This document shows positions 1 through 13,300 of a stretch of 64,000 bases of DNA, in pieces. Position 1 is the first letter of the stretch. Every line of letters starts with the position of its first letter. The notes under the pieces are model-generated. The model worked only from the letters and a program-made list of their open reading frames with translations. It had not been told where the DNA came from and searched no databases. A program made the position numbers and the translations under genes. This stretch comes from Eledone cirrhosa (Eukaryota). The stretch is from NCBI GenBank assembly GCA_964016885.1, contig OZ024742.1, positions 40,486,001 through 40,550,000 of the forward strand, written 5' to 3'.

Positions 1-135
1 TAATATTTGTCTCTTAGCTTGCATCAATTAAATATAAGAGCTAGCTTTGTCTCCTACTGGAATCATTTCACTTCATTAAAACTAACTGCCACTACTACTA
101 CTACTGCTGCTGCTATTGTTGCTACTAATAACAAC

Positions 136-361
136 AATAATAATAATGATTTCTACTATAGGTAGAAGGACAGCAATTTGGGAGGAGGGGAAAGTCAATT
201 AAATCGACCCCAGTGCATTACTGGTACTTTACTTTATCAACCTCGCAAGGATGAAAGGCAAAGCTAACCGCAGCAGGATTTGAACTCAGAATGTAAAGGG
301 CCATAACTATGCTTCAAAGCATGGTGTCTGATGCTCTACCAATACTGCCAATCCACCACCC
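136..361 (-). mobile_element. tRNA-derived SINE of an abundant family (Nin-domain-like core), with (ATT)n tail
   Basis: The minus strand has a B-box-like GAGTTCAAATCC and a core GCCTTTCATCCTT..GGTTGATAAAGTAAAAGTACCAG. Homologous copies lie near 5879-6075, 10090-10300, 16277-16370, 38575-38960, 42310-42440, 48735-48840, 51650-51790 and 52560-52700. Confidence 0.75.
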
Positions 362-533
362 TAACAACAATAATACTATTACTATCAAGTCCAACAACAA
401 CCACCATCTCCACCAATAACTAAAACCTTCTTGTGACATGAGTTGTTTAACTCAAGTTCAGTTCCATTTGAGAGAACGTAAGATTAAAGGAAATCCAGTC
501 ATAATTACCCCATCGCTTTTATATTTAGAGGTT

Positions 534-1053
534 CCTCTCATATATTCAATTGTATTACACGGCTTGGAAAGATTCCCTTCCTTGAGCTATTTAATTGTAA
601 AAGACTATTTTGAGTTTCTAACTCAATCTATGATATTCTCGGCTCCATACGTAGAGCTAACTTTAGTCTCATAAAACCGGCTGCTACTTTTAGCGGCATG
701 AGTATGAGACGCGCTAGGTGCTGTAACATGTGCTTTTATATCAATACATGGTTCAGTCTTCTTAGATCTTTTGAAGTGAAAGGTACGAATTTCCTGGATA
801 CCCGCAGAAGAGCACAGGAATGGTGGCTTTCACTTAATAATCCTTGCGAAACAGATTTTAGATCTGTCCGGGTATCAAAGGCAGTTGCCCGATATAGGTT
901 TGTTATTTTTATTGATTTATTACTTTAAATCGAGACAGGCAAACCATATAGTTTTCAATTAGTATTTTTTCAACCTAGCTAACTTGGTCATTTGCAATTC
1001 GAACACATGTATACTTGTATCGGTGTTCATCCCTCTCATATATTCAATTGTAT
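534..1053 (+). mobile_element. 498-bp-period unit bounded by a 22-bp direct repeat and containing a hammerhead ribozyme (retrozyme-like or Penelope pLTR remnant)
   Basis: CCTCTCATATATTCAATTGTAT occurs at 534-555 and 1032-1053, and the second copy runs into (TA)n. An HHR fold lies at 793-881. Confidence 0.5.
793..881 (+). ncRNA. Type I hammerhead ribozyme with complete stems I-III and a U4A core variant
   Basis: Stem I GAUACCCG(797-804)/CGGGUAUC(869-876); core CAGAAGA(805-811); stem II GCAcAGGA(812-819)/UCCUUGC(841-847); GAA(848-850); stem III ACAGAU(851-856)/AUCUGU(862-867); cleavage triplet GUC ending at 868. Confidence 0.8.
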
Positions 1054-3507
1054 ATATATATATATAGAGAGAGAGAGAGATGAAGACCAAGTCAGATTCA
1101 TATTATTTAGGAGTTTTGTGTGTCTATTCCCAGGGTCATCACAAGAGTACAAGGCAATTAATTTTACACTGTAATGAAGAAACAAGTTGAGAGATTGACA
1201 TTTCAGACAGGAATCCTTTGTCAAGTAAAAGCAGAAATTTTACTCTGTTTTTATTTTTCAGCAAATGATAACTGTCTGAAAGACTAAACTCTCCAGGGTT
1301 TCTTTCTTGTAGTATAAAATTAATTATTTCGATATAATCAACTTTTCCCATCTCCCAAATGAGAAAAGTAAAAAAATCAAATCAAATAAAACAATATTAT
1401 TGATAATAATATTACACATAGTAATGCAGAAGTTTATCCAACAGTAACACTTTTCACAAGTCAATGAGGGAGCCTTTACATAATAATTTCAGCTGCTAGA
1501 AATAGGAATGAAATCTCCCCCAAATCATACCATAGCATATATAAATCGAAGAAAGACACATTGGGTATGTACCTGACAAAGAAAAAAGAAAAAGAAAACA
1601 GAATGGTCAAGACTAGAACATCTTTGACCATAGCTCTGTTTGGTCAGAGCTAAACAACAATATAGCAGCAATTACTGACAGACAATAATCCTTTGACCAT
1701 TTTATGGCCATATTTTTCATAAAATATTCTGTATTTTAATTTATGGATAATTTAATGTGATTTACTAAAATTATCAATTATTTCATTAAGATGGTATTTA
1801 CAACATAATAAATGGTCCTTATATACAACTAGACCACCTGAGGTCACTTAAAAATATTTTTTTAAATAATTAAAATATACACAGACATATATATAATGTA
1901 AAATGAAATTGGAAGGCCCATATATATATATATATATGTGTGTGTGTTCGTGTGTGTGTGTATATGTGTGTGTGTATACATATTCTCTCTCTATGTCTCT
2001 CTTTCAATCTACTCACTCACAACCACTGTCTCTTTCTCTATCTTTCTCTCTCTCTATTTATGAAGGTATCTGGAAAAACCCTGTATCTCAGGAACCCGTG
2101 CTCTGATTTACATGAAACTTGTTTTATTCCATTTGTATTCCCATTTCAGGGGCAACTTCCTTTCAAAGTATTTTCCCATTATGCACTGTTTTGGCTGTAT
2201 TAAATAACAGACAAGACACAATCACAGAGCTTTAGTAGTATATAGATTATTTTGTAAGGTTTTAATTTAAATAGAAACCTTTTAAAATGGGTTGATTTGT
2301 TTCATAGAACAAGAGGCAGTTTTAGGCAGTTTAGCCTCAACATCATCTTTCTTTCCATGTTTTCCATGCTGGCATGGGTTGGATGAGTCATCCTAGTCCA
2401 AGACAAAACAAGGTTAGCAAGACTGTTTTGCTCATATGTTCCATTTTTGGCATGATGTCTACAGCCTGACACCCTTCCTAATCCTAACCATCTTACATAG
2501 TGTATTAGGTGCATTTTATCATGGAACCAACACAACCACTTTACAGAATATATAAGGTATGTTTTATTGTGACACTAGCACTGCCACTTTGCAGTGTGTA
2601 CCGGAAGAATTTTATTGTGACACCAGCTCTTTCACTTTACAGAGTGTACTGAGTGCATCTTATAACACCAGCTCTATCACTTTACAGAGTATACTGGGTG
2701 CATTTTATTGTGGCACTGCTGCTATTACTTTACAGAGTGTACTGGATGTGTTTTAATTCATAGTTGATATTAAAAGGGTTAAATAAAGAATGTAAGCTTT
2801 AAACACTTCAATTCAATCTAAACTATAATATTTACAGTAATGATTGGTACAGACCTATTTTATTATTAGTCTGAGTGTCTGTGAGAGAAATTAGACTGAT
2901 TTATTGTGTGGGGGGAGTAGTTTGGCAGAGATGGGTTTGGTTCCAGTTCGTGTTTTTACTAACTTTAGTTATTTAAATGAAAACTGACAGATAAATGAAA
3001 TAAATAACAAATCAAAATGAAAATAATATTAAGATAAGGAATAGCTTTTGATTATAATGATAAAGGCAGTGTTGGTGGGGAAGATGGTGATAGTGATAAT
3101 GGTAGTGATGGTGGTGGTGGTGATAAAAGATGAGGATTATTTTGATGATGATGATGATGGTGGGGAAGATGATGGTGGTGATAATGGTAATGATTGTGAT
3201 GGTCATGATGGTGGTTGTGGTGGTGGTGGTGGTGATAACAATGGTGCTGATAAATGATGAGGATTATTATGATGATGATGGTGTTGATAATAATGATGAT
3301 TGATAATTTTTCAGACACATCAGAAATATATCAATAATCATATAGACAACTGTTCTTCACACACACACACACACTCACCTAATGTCACATAAATCATATG
3401 AAATGGACCTCCTGTTGGTTTCTGTGAGAGTACCTGCTGTTTAATCAACACACCAGCCTACTCGTGAAATTAATGTGTAAGTGGTTGAACCACAGACATG
3501 TGTACCC

Positions 3508-3695
3508 CTAACCCTTTAACATTTAAACCAGTTATATCCGGCCGCTCATGCTGATATTAAGGAATTGTTCTCAAAATATTTAATAACATCAAAATCTCGT
3601 AGATTCAATATTATGTGAGATAATTATGTGAGGTAAAGCCTTTACTGTGAAAATACAATAGTAAATATAGAGTAATGTGAATGCTAAAGGGTTAA
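3508..3695. mobile_element. piggyBac-like MITE (TTAA target), internally shortened copy
   Basis: Ends are ctaaCCCTTTAAC ... GCTAAAGGGttaa, and the body is homologous to 7484-7712. Confidence 0.7.
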
Positions 3696-4651
3696 TGTTA
3701 TTCTCAGGGAGATTCAGTGTGACACAGTGTGACACAGTGTGACTAGACTCGTCATTTGAATTACAAGTACAGTCCATCCGATGGGCTTCCAAATAATTTC
3801 TGTCTCCCCAATTTCACTAACAACATGTGAGCCAACTCAAGTCTGTGGTAAATGACATTTGCCCAATATACCATTCAATGGGATTGAACTCAGGACCTAA
3901 TGATTTCAAATGATTTCAAAGCAAATGTCTTAACCATTTGTTCATACTGTATCCACATAAATCATATAGAACTGATATAATTAACCCTTTTAACACATAA
4001 ACTACAAGATCTTTCTATAAACAGATTCTATTCAAACTACGTTATATATCACATCAGCCAACAAGACAAAATAACAATAAACAAAACAGAAAAATAAGTG
4101 AAACTAACCTAATATATTTTCTAGATATTCATCTCTGTTGTTCTCTCTTTGTCTCTGTCTGTCTGTTTGTCTCTCTGTCCAATGCTGTAGGGTTAAGTGG
4201 TCAGTTTTCTCGTCTGTTCTCTCTCTCTATCTATCCATCTCTCTATCTATCAATTTCTCTATCTACCAATATCTCTATCTCTCTCTCTCTATCTATCTAT
4301 CTATCTCTATTTATCTCTATCTATCTATCCCTTACAAGAAACTCTAGTTCTTTAACATTTTCAGGATTCACCCCAACCTTCACTTAATTCCACCATACTA
4401 CATCCATTTCTCTGTATGTCAGTATGTGTACTACCTTCCATCCTCAATCCTTTTTATGTTAAACCACCAGAAGCTTTCCCTGGTTCTTTGACATAAAACT
4501 GATTGTTTTAAATTGTTTATTTTTATCTTAATTTTATTTAAGACCCTTTATCAAGTTATGTTCCAAACACCAGCTTATTATTGAGAAAGTTAGTTATATT
4601 ACTAAATCACACCAAGTTCTTGATTACTTTCAAAATTATTTGAAAATCATA

Positions 4652-5345
4652 TGCATGCTCCGTTGGATGTGTAATAGTAATATACATGAACTAAGTGAGA
4701 AATTAGGAATAAGAGAGATCAGATGCTGTTTACTTGAGAGAAGACTACGTTGGTATGGTCACGTGATGTGCATGAAAGACGATAGCTGCATAAAAAAGTG
4801 CAGGGCAATCAAAATTGATGGTAGTTACGGAGTAGGTAGACCCAGAAAAACCTGGGACGATTTGATAAATTCCGACCTTATACACTTACATCTCTCTAAG
4901 ACAATGTCTCTGGACCGAGACCTTTGGCGCTACGCAGTAATACAGAAGACCCACCTTGCCTATGTACAAAGCAAAACCTACAGTCAGTAGGCACCTCTTA
5001 ACCAAATATACACCCCAATCCACTACCCCTTCCCTATCCTCCCACTCCCACCAACAGCACGAGAAAATGAGATCGAGTTCGTGTAGGTGTCACAACAAAA
5101 AACACACACAGTCCACACTGTAATATGGCCGTGTAGGTAACACGGTAAAAAGTTCCCAGTTCCACACTGTAAATGTGGTTGGTGTTAGGAAGGGCATCCA
5201 GCCGTAGAAAACCTGCCAGATAGTCCTATATGAGCGAGACACGGTCACCCAACCAGCCTTGCCTCAAGTGGGACAACTCCCGTCTAACCCATGCTAGCGT
5301 GGAAAACGGACGTTAAACGAAGATGATGATGATGATGAGGATGAT
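4652..5345 (+). mobile_element. RTE-clade LINE 3' fragment with 3'UTR and (GAT)n tail
   Basis: Translates to CMLRWMC...RRLRWYGHVM...GRPRKTW. Closely similar to the C-terminus and 3'UTR of 26083-28270. Confidence 0.9.
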
Positions 5346-5878
5346 GTAGTATCCTTCATATGTGGTAATGAACAGATTAAAATACCAAGCTAGCATTTAC
5401 TTGCTTTCAACAAAAAAGATGATATCACTTTCTTTCTCTCATTCACAAATAAAAAGTAAGAGCCCAAAACTTTCGAAACTTCACCCTTCACAACAATTAC
5501 ATACATACACTAACCCATTTGATACCAATCTGCCCCAAACCACATCTGATTCCCTGGAACAAAACCATAAAATCTTCCAACATAATTTTATATAAACCTT
5601 TTTGTTATATTACAAATATTATTTTAAAAATTGAAATAATTATAGAAAACCTTCCAAATTCTTCATTGATTAATTCAAATACAGTATATTTTTATCAGAA
5701 ATATGGTAATGAAAGTCTTATAAGTGTATGACTACTGTGTATCCTTCTGTTTCCTACAAATTCAATGGCTCCAAGAATTATAATCTCTAGCGAGGCATTT
5801 ACCATTCCAACTACTGATATAGAGGGGTGACAAACAACATGTCTGAACCAGGCCAGGTGACAGTGTTGAATCTTTTCC

Positions 5879-6075
5879 ATAATAATTGTTTCTACTTTTG
5901 GCACAAGGCCAGCAATTACCCCAGTGCACTACTGGTACTTTATTTTATCGACCTCGTAAGGATGAAAGACAAAGTTTACCTCGGCGGGATTTGAACTCAG
6001 AATATAAAGGGCCATAACTCTATGCTGCAAAGCATGGTGTCTGATTCTCTACCGATACTACCAATCCACCGCCCT
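5879..6075 (-). mobile_element. tRNA-derived SINE (same family as 136-361)
   Basis: Shares ACTGGTACTTTATTTTATCGACC..AAGGATGAAAG..AAAG..ACCTCGGCGGGATTTGAACTCAG on the plus strand. Confidence 0.75.
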
Positions 6076-7483
6076 TTTATCCATAATGATGTAATCGAGA
6101 CCTAATATTTCCATGATCTTTCATTAGATATCTTATCTTGCCTTGTGGAGTCATGACTTCAGGGTTTATTTTAAGGAAATTTTAGAACTACACAAATCTT
6201 TAAGGCAGGTACCATGACCCAGTGTATGATAGTTTTGAAGTCTGAGAAGTATTTGTAATGGCTATTTTCAACACTTTATGAGTGTTTTAAGTCTTTTAGC
6301 CACCATTTACAATGTAAACACAGATCAACTGCACATTAAAATAATCACTGATTGGTTAAAGCAACTACACTTGTTGAATTATTTCACAAACACTTTTGGT
6401 AACACTATAGATTTTTTTCAGATTCTAGATTTAACGATAGCATGTATATAACATTCTTTCATCTTGAGAGTTGCTGCCTTTATTTGACACTCTTTCTATC
6501 CAATACATCCATGCCTTGCACTAACTACTCAATGTATCATTCTCTGTGATTTTTTGTCCCTAGTTTAGTGAGAGGAGAAGGATAGTGCTTATCTTTGCAG
6601 GGCATTTGAGACTGGGGTGGGGGATAAATAGATGAAGGAGCCATGAATCTGGAGTTGTTGCAATGAGGAATAGTACATCAAATTATTGAGTTATATGTCA
6701 ACTAGAGAACTTGCAAAAAAAAGTGAACTCTGCAAAAGATTCCCAACTACCAGGTAGTAATGTTAATCTTTTCATTACTATATTTCTTATGAAAAACACT
6801 GCCTACAGTTTTCAAAAATATCCTAGAATTTGGAGAGATTAAGCAATATAATGAATTTTCTCATTTATTAAGCTGGTGTTTAGAACATGTAAAAAAACAT
6901 ATTACATAAAATTATGATAGAAAGTTTTTAGATAAATATAAACTCTTTAAAACAAGCAGTTTTATATCATAGAACCAGCAGCAGTTTCAGACTAGTTGGA
7001 AATGAAAGGGTTAAACTGGATGGCAGATTAGATTTACATATCTAGGACAAGTATAATCCATTTAACCATGTTCTGTGTCTACTTAATTTTACATACAAGG
7101 CTTAAGTCAGCTGAAGTTATGTTTGCCCACTGTGCTATAATGTCAGATTGCAATCCAAGGTGAAATTATTAACTTTTAATTTCTTGTACTACATGAAATT
7201 GCTTGTGCCTAAAATAGAAAGAATTATTTAAATAATAAATATACAATAAATATTTGAATTAAACATGCTGTTAGACATTTTCATGACAAGTATCAAGTAA
7301 CAAGCAAACATATGCAACATTATTTTGATCATAATTAATTGCTTCACATTAAATATTAAACTCTTTAGTCACATATATATTTTCACAATGATCTGTCCAC
7401 TAACAGAGATATTATAAGCATTTGAATTAACAAACCTGCTTTTATACATTTTATGCTTTATCATTTTTTATCATTACAGCATG

Positions 7484-7712
7484 TTAACCCTTTAGCGTTT
7501 AAACCGGCCATATCCAGCCAGAATTCTCTCATCTCTTTCAGTTCAAACAGGCCGTAACTGGCCACTCATACTGATGTTATAGTATTGTTCTCAAAATAAA
7601 TAATATCAAAATCTCATAGATTCAATATTATGTGAGATAATTATGTGAAATAAAGCCTTTACCATGAAAATATAAAAGTATATATAGAGTAATGTAAATG
7701 CTAAAGGGTTAA
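7484..7712. mobile_element. piggyBac-like MITE, ~230 bp, with TTAA target-site duplication
   Basis: TTAA-CCCTTTAGCGTTTA ... TAAATGCTAAAGGG-TTAA inverted termini; five copies in the window. Confidence 0.8.
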
Positions 7713-8019
7713 GGGTTAACCACACAGCCATGCTGCATTTCTTGTTTTAACCCTCCACCAAATATTACATGAAATGAAATCTGTCATTGTGAGAACTACT
7801 ATGTTAAGTGGAGTCCCATTTGTTCAGTGGGTGGTCCTGCTCTGTTGAGCATAATGTTTAAGAATAAAAAATAATATAAAACTATATCATCAACCATTGA
7901 TAGATGCAAGAGAAAATGTATTTGTGGTGAAATTGAAATTATAAAACACTCTAAAGCTGCTGAGGTAGCTATGACAGGATCAGAAATTAAAATACCTACA
8001 GCGAGACATATGTTTCAAC

Positions 8020-8250
8020 ATCATCCTCATTTTATGTCCGCTTTTCCCTGCTTGCAAGGGTGGGACGAGTCCTATTCAGTGCAGTATCTCTCCACTTGTC
8101 ATGGTCCTTCATCATCTCCTACGTGAGCTTCAGCAATCTGAGTTCTGCTCTCACCACCTCCGCCCATGTTTTCATGGTCTTCTTCTACTGCGTCTCCCTT
8201 CTACTCGGATTTCTTGGCACTTCTTTACCCAGCAGTCATCCTCCATGTTC
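8020..8250 (-). mobile_element. RTE-clade LINE extreme 3' fragment (second RTE family)
   Basis: Homologous to 28795-29135 and 38088-38415 (family motif GRPRKTWAEVVR, degraded here), ending in a (GAT)n tail. Confidence 0.75.
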
Positions 8251-8743
8251 ATTATATATAAACAAATTATGATTTCAAATATGTTGCTAATCCTAACATT
8301 GACTAGTGTTATCACCATATCTGAGACTCAACCATACCAGAAGTTAGAATATATTAGAGATCAATTGAACGATGTACTATCCATATTGACATATAACTGG
8401 GTAACTGGGCTTGTATGATGATTTGTTGGTAGTTAGCAAGGCAGGGGTTAACCTACAAGTGATGATGGTAGCAGTGGCAGTAACAGTGATGCAGCAGTAG
8501 TAGTATCAGCAGCAGCAAAACTGATCAATAAGTACTTAAGGCAAACATTGCTATCATATAGCAATGTAGAAGGAAGTAACCTTTAGTAAAATACCAAATA
8601 TTATGAACTGTTACATACAATTTGTGTGTGTATGTATATATATACATGTATGTGTATAGAGGTGTGTATATATATGTGTCAGTTTATGTGAGTATGCTTA
8701 CATATGTATGTATACAAATTTGTGTAGATATTTGAGTAGGTGC

Positions 8744-8806
<63 letters not shown>

Positions 8807-9446
8807 GAATTGTATAAAAGCTGGAAATGCTAGAAGGCTAATAAAAGTTAAGGAAATTAATAGGGATGGCATAGGAGAGGAAAATTAAAAGGAGGTAATA
8901 AAAGGAGAGCGAGAGAGAAAGAGAGAGAAAAGAGAGAGACAGACAGGCAGACAGACAGACTGAGCAAGAGAAAATAGGTGAAAGGAAAAATGAATGGAAA
9001 AGAGATTTAAAGGAAGAAGGAAAGAAAGAAGGAAAAATAAGAAAGTGGAACATGAGAGATTGGTGAGGAGTGACAATGTAAAAAAGGATAAGGAAGGATG
9101 TAAACATGGAAAGAACAAAAGGAAGAAGTGGGGTGAGGGAGTAGATAAATGTGTAAAGATATGGGGTGGGAATGAAAATAGGAAATGAAATGAAAGTAAA
9201 TGAAATGAAATGAAAGAGAAGAGGAAAGAGAAAGGAACAACAACAACACAAACAACAGTTACAATAGCAGCAACAACAACAATGTTAGTAACAACAGCGA
9301 CAACAACAAGAGCCACACCACCACCAACAACAACAACAGCAACAGCAATAACAACAGTCCCAGTAACAACCACAGCAACATCAGCAACATCAGAAACAGC
9401 ACCAGCAAAGAATAAATTATAGAAGGCTTACATAAACAAAAGGTCA

Positions 9447-9535
9447 ACTACAACAACTACTGCTACTACTACTACTGCTACTACTACTACTGTTACTACT
9501 ACTACTACTACTGTTACTACTACTACTACTACTGT

Positions 9536-9578
<43 letters not shown>

Positions 9579-9681
9579 GCTGCTACTGCTACTACTACTA
9601 CTACTACTACTGCTGCTGCTGTTGTTGCTGCTGCTACTACTGTTACTACTACTACTACTCCTGCTGCTACTACTACTACTT

Positions 9682-9740
<59 letters not shown>

Positions 9741-9742
9741 GT

Positions 9743-9782
<40 letters not shown>

Positions 9783-9817
9783 GCTGCTACTACTACTACT
9801 ACTACTGCTACTACTGT

Positions 9818-9868
<51 letters not shown>

Positions 9869-9963
9869 CACTGTTACTACTACTACTACTACTGCTACTA
9901 CTACTACTACTACACCTAGTGCTACTACTACTGCTACTACTACTACTACTACTACTACTACTG

Positions 9964-10003
<40 letters not shown>
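9447..10003. repeat. (CTA)n microsatellite with CTG/TTA interruptions
   Basis: Direct reading; explains the poly-L and poly-V ORFs. Confidence 0.95.
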
Positions 10004-10306
10004 AATGGTGACAACATCAGTATAGGGAATATAAAAGTATTAGAGTTCTGAAGGAAGAGAACAAGAACAAGAAAAATATTGATTTCCAAGATAAGTACCA
10101 AGCTGCAGTTGTTTAATTTTGGGCAGGGAGCAGGTATAATTGATTGCATCATCCCTTGGTGTTTAACTGGTGTTTTATTATATCAACCATGCAAGATTGA
10201 ATGACAAAACTGACGACGTTGGTGAGATTTGAACTCAGAACATAATATTATACAGCTAAATGCAAGACATTGTATCTGTTGCTCTACTGATTCTGCCATT
10301 CCATCA

Positions 10307-13300
10307 CACTACACCAGATTGTACCACACCACACACAACTCCACCACACCACACCACACTACACACAACTCCACCACACCACATATAACTCCACCACACC
10401 ACACAAAACTCCACCACACCACACACAACTCCACCACACCACACACAACTCCACCACACCGCACACAACTCCACCACACCACACACAACTCCAGCACACC
10501 ACATACAACTCCACCACACCACACACAACTCCACCACACCACACACAACTCCACCACGCCACATACAACTCCACCACACCGCACACAACTCCACCACACT
10601 ACACACAACTCCACCACACCACACACAACTCCACCACACCACACACAACTCCACCACGCCACATACAACTCCACCACACCGCACACAACTCCACCACACC
10701 ACATACAACTCCACCACACCACACACAACTCCACCACACCACATACAACTCCACCACACCACACACAACTCCACCACACCACATACAACTCCACCACACC
10801 ACAGATAACTCCTCCACACCACATACAACTCCACCACACCACAGATAATTCCACCACACCACATACAACTCCACCACACCACACACAACTCCACCACACC
10901 ACACACAACTCCAGCACACCACACACAACTCCAGCACACCACACACAACTCCACCACACCACACACAACTCCACCACACCACACACAACTCCACCACACC
11001 ACACACAACTCCACCACACCACACCCAATTCCACCACACCACACACAACTCCACCACACCACACACAACTCCACCACACCACACACAACTCCACCACATG
11101 ACACACAACTCCACCACATGACACACAACTCCACCACACCACACACAACTCCACCACACCACACACAACTCCACCACACCACACACAACTCCACCACATG
11201 ACACACAACTCCACCACACCACACACAACTCCACCACACCACACACAACTCCACCACACCGCACCCAACTCCACCACACCACACACAACACCACCACACC
11301 ACATACAACTCCACCACACCACACACAACTCCACCACACCACACACAACTCCACCACACCACACACAACTCCACCACATGATACACAACTCCACCACACC
11401 ACACACAACTCCACCACACCACATACAACTCCACCACACCACACCCAACTCCACCACACCGCACACAACTCCACCACACCACACACAACTCCACCACATG
11501 ACACACAACTCCACCACACACAACTCCACCACACCACACACAACTCCACCACATGACACACAACTCCACCACACCACACACAACTCCACCACACGACACA
11601 CAACTCCACCACATGACACACAACTCCACCACACCACACACAACTCCACCACACCACATACAACTCCACCACACCACACACAACTCCACCACACCACACA
11701 CAACTCCACCACACCACACACAACTCCACCACACCACACACAACTCCACCACACCACATACAACTCCACCACACCACATACAACTCCACCACACCACACA
11801 CAACTCCACCACACCACACACAATTCCACCACACAACACACGACTCCACCACACCACACACAACTCCACCACACCACACACAACTCCACCACATGACACA
11901 CAACTCCACCACATGACACACAACTCCACCACACCACACACAACTCCACCACACCACACCACACACAACTCCACCACACCACACACAACTCCACCACATG
12001 ACACACAACTCCACCACACCACACACAACTCCACCACACCACACACAACTCCACCACACCGCACCCAACTCCACCACACCACACACAACTCCACCACACC
12101 ACACACAACTCCACCACACCACACACAACTCCACCACATGACACACAACTCCACCACACCACACACAACTCCACCACACCACATACAACTCCACCACACC
12201 ACACACAACTCCACCACATGACAGACAACTCCACCACACCACACCCAACTCCACCACACCGCACACAACTCCACCACACCACACACAACTCCACCACATG
12301 ACACACAACTCCACCACACCACACACAACTCCACCACACCACATACAACTCCACCACACCACACACAACTCCACCACACCACACACAACTCCACCACACC
12401 ACACACAACTTAACCACACCAGACATAACTCCACCACACCACACACAACTCCACCACACCACATACAACTCCACCACACCACACACAACTCCACCACACC
12501 ACACACAACTCCACCACACCACACACAACTCCACCACACCACACACAACTCCAGCACACCACACACAACTCCACCACACCACACACAATTCCACCACACA
12601 ACACACGACTCCACCACACCACACACAACTCCACCACACCACACACAACTCCACCACACACAACTCCACCACACCACACACAACTCCACCACACCACACA
12701 CAACTCCACCACACCACACACACAACTCCACCACACCACACACAACTCCACCACATGACACACAACTCCACCACACCACACACAACTCCACCACATGACA
12801 CACAACTCCACCACACCGCACACAACTCCACCACACCACACACAACTCCACCACACCACACACAACTCCACCACACCACACACAACTCTACCGCACCACA
12901 TACAACTCCACCACACCGCACACAACTCCACCACACCACACACAATTCCACCACACCGCACACAACTCCTCCACACCACATACAACTCCACCACACCACA
13001 CACAACTCCACCACACTGCACACAACTCCACCACACCACACGCAACTCCACCACACCACATACAACTCCACCACACCACAAACAACTCCACCACACCACA
13101 CACAACTCCACCACACCACACACAACTCCACCACACCACAAACAACTCCACCACACCACACACAACTCCACCACACCACACACAACTCCACCACACCACA
13201 CACAACTCCACCACACCACACACAACTCCAGCACACCACACACAACTCCACCACTCACACACAATTCCACCACACAACACACGGCTCCACCACACCACAC

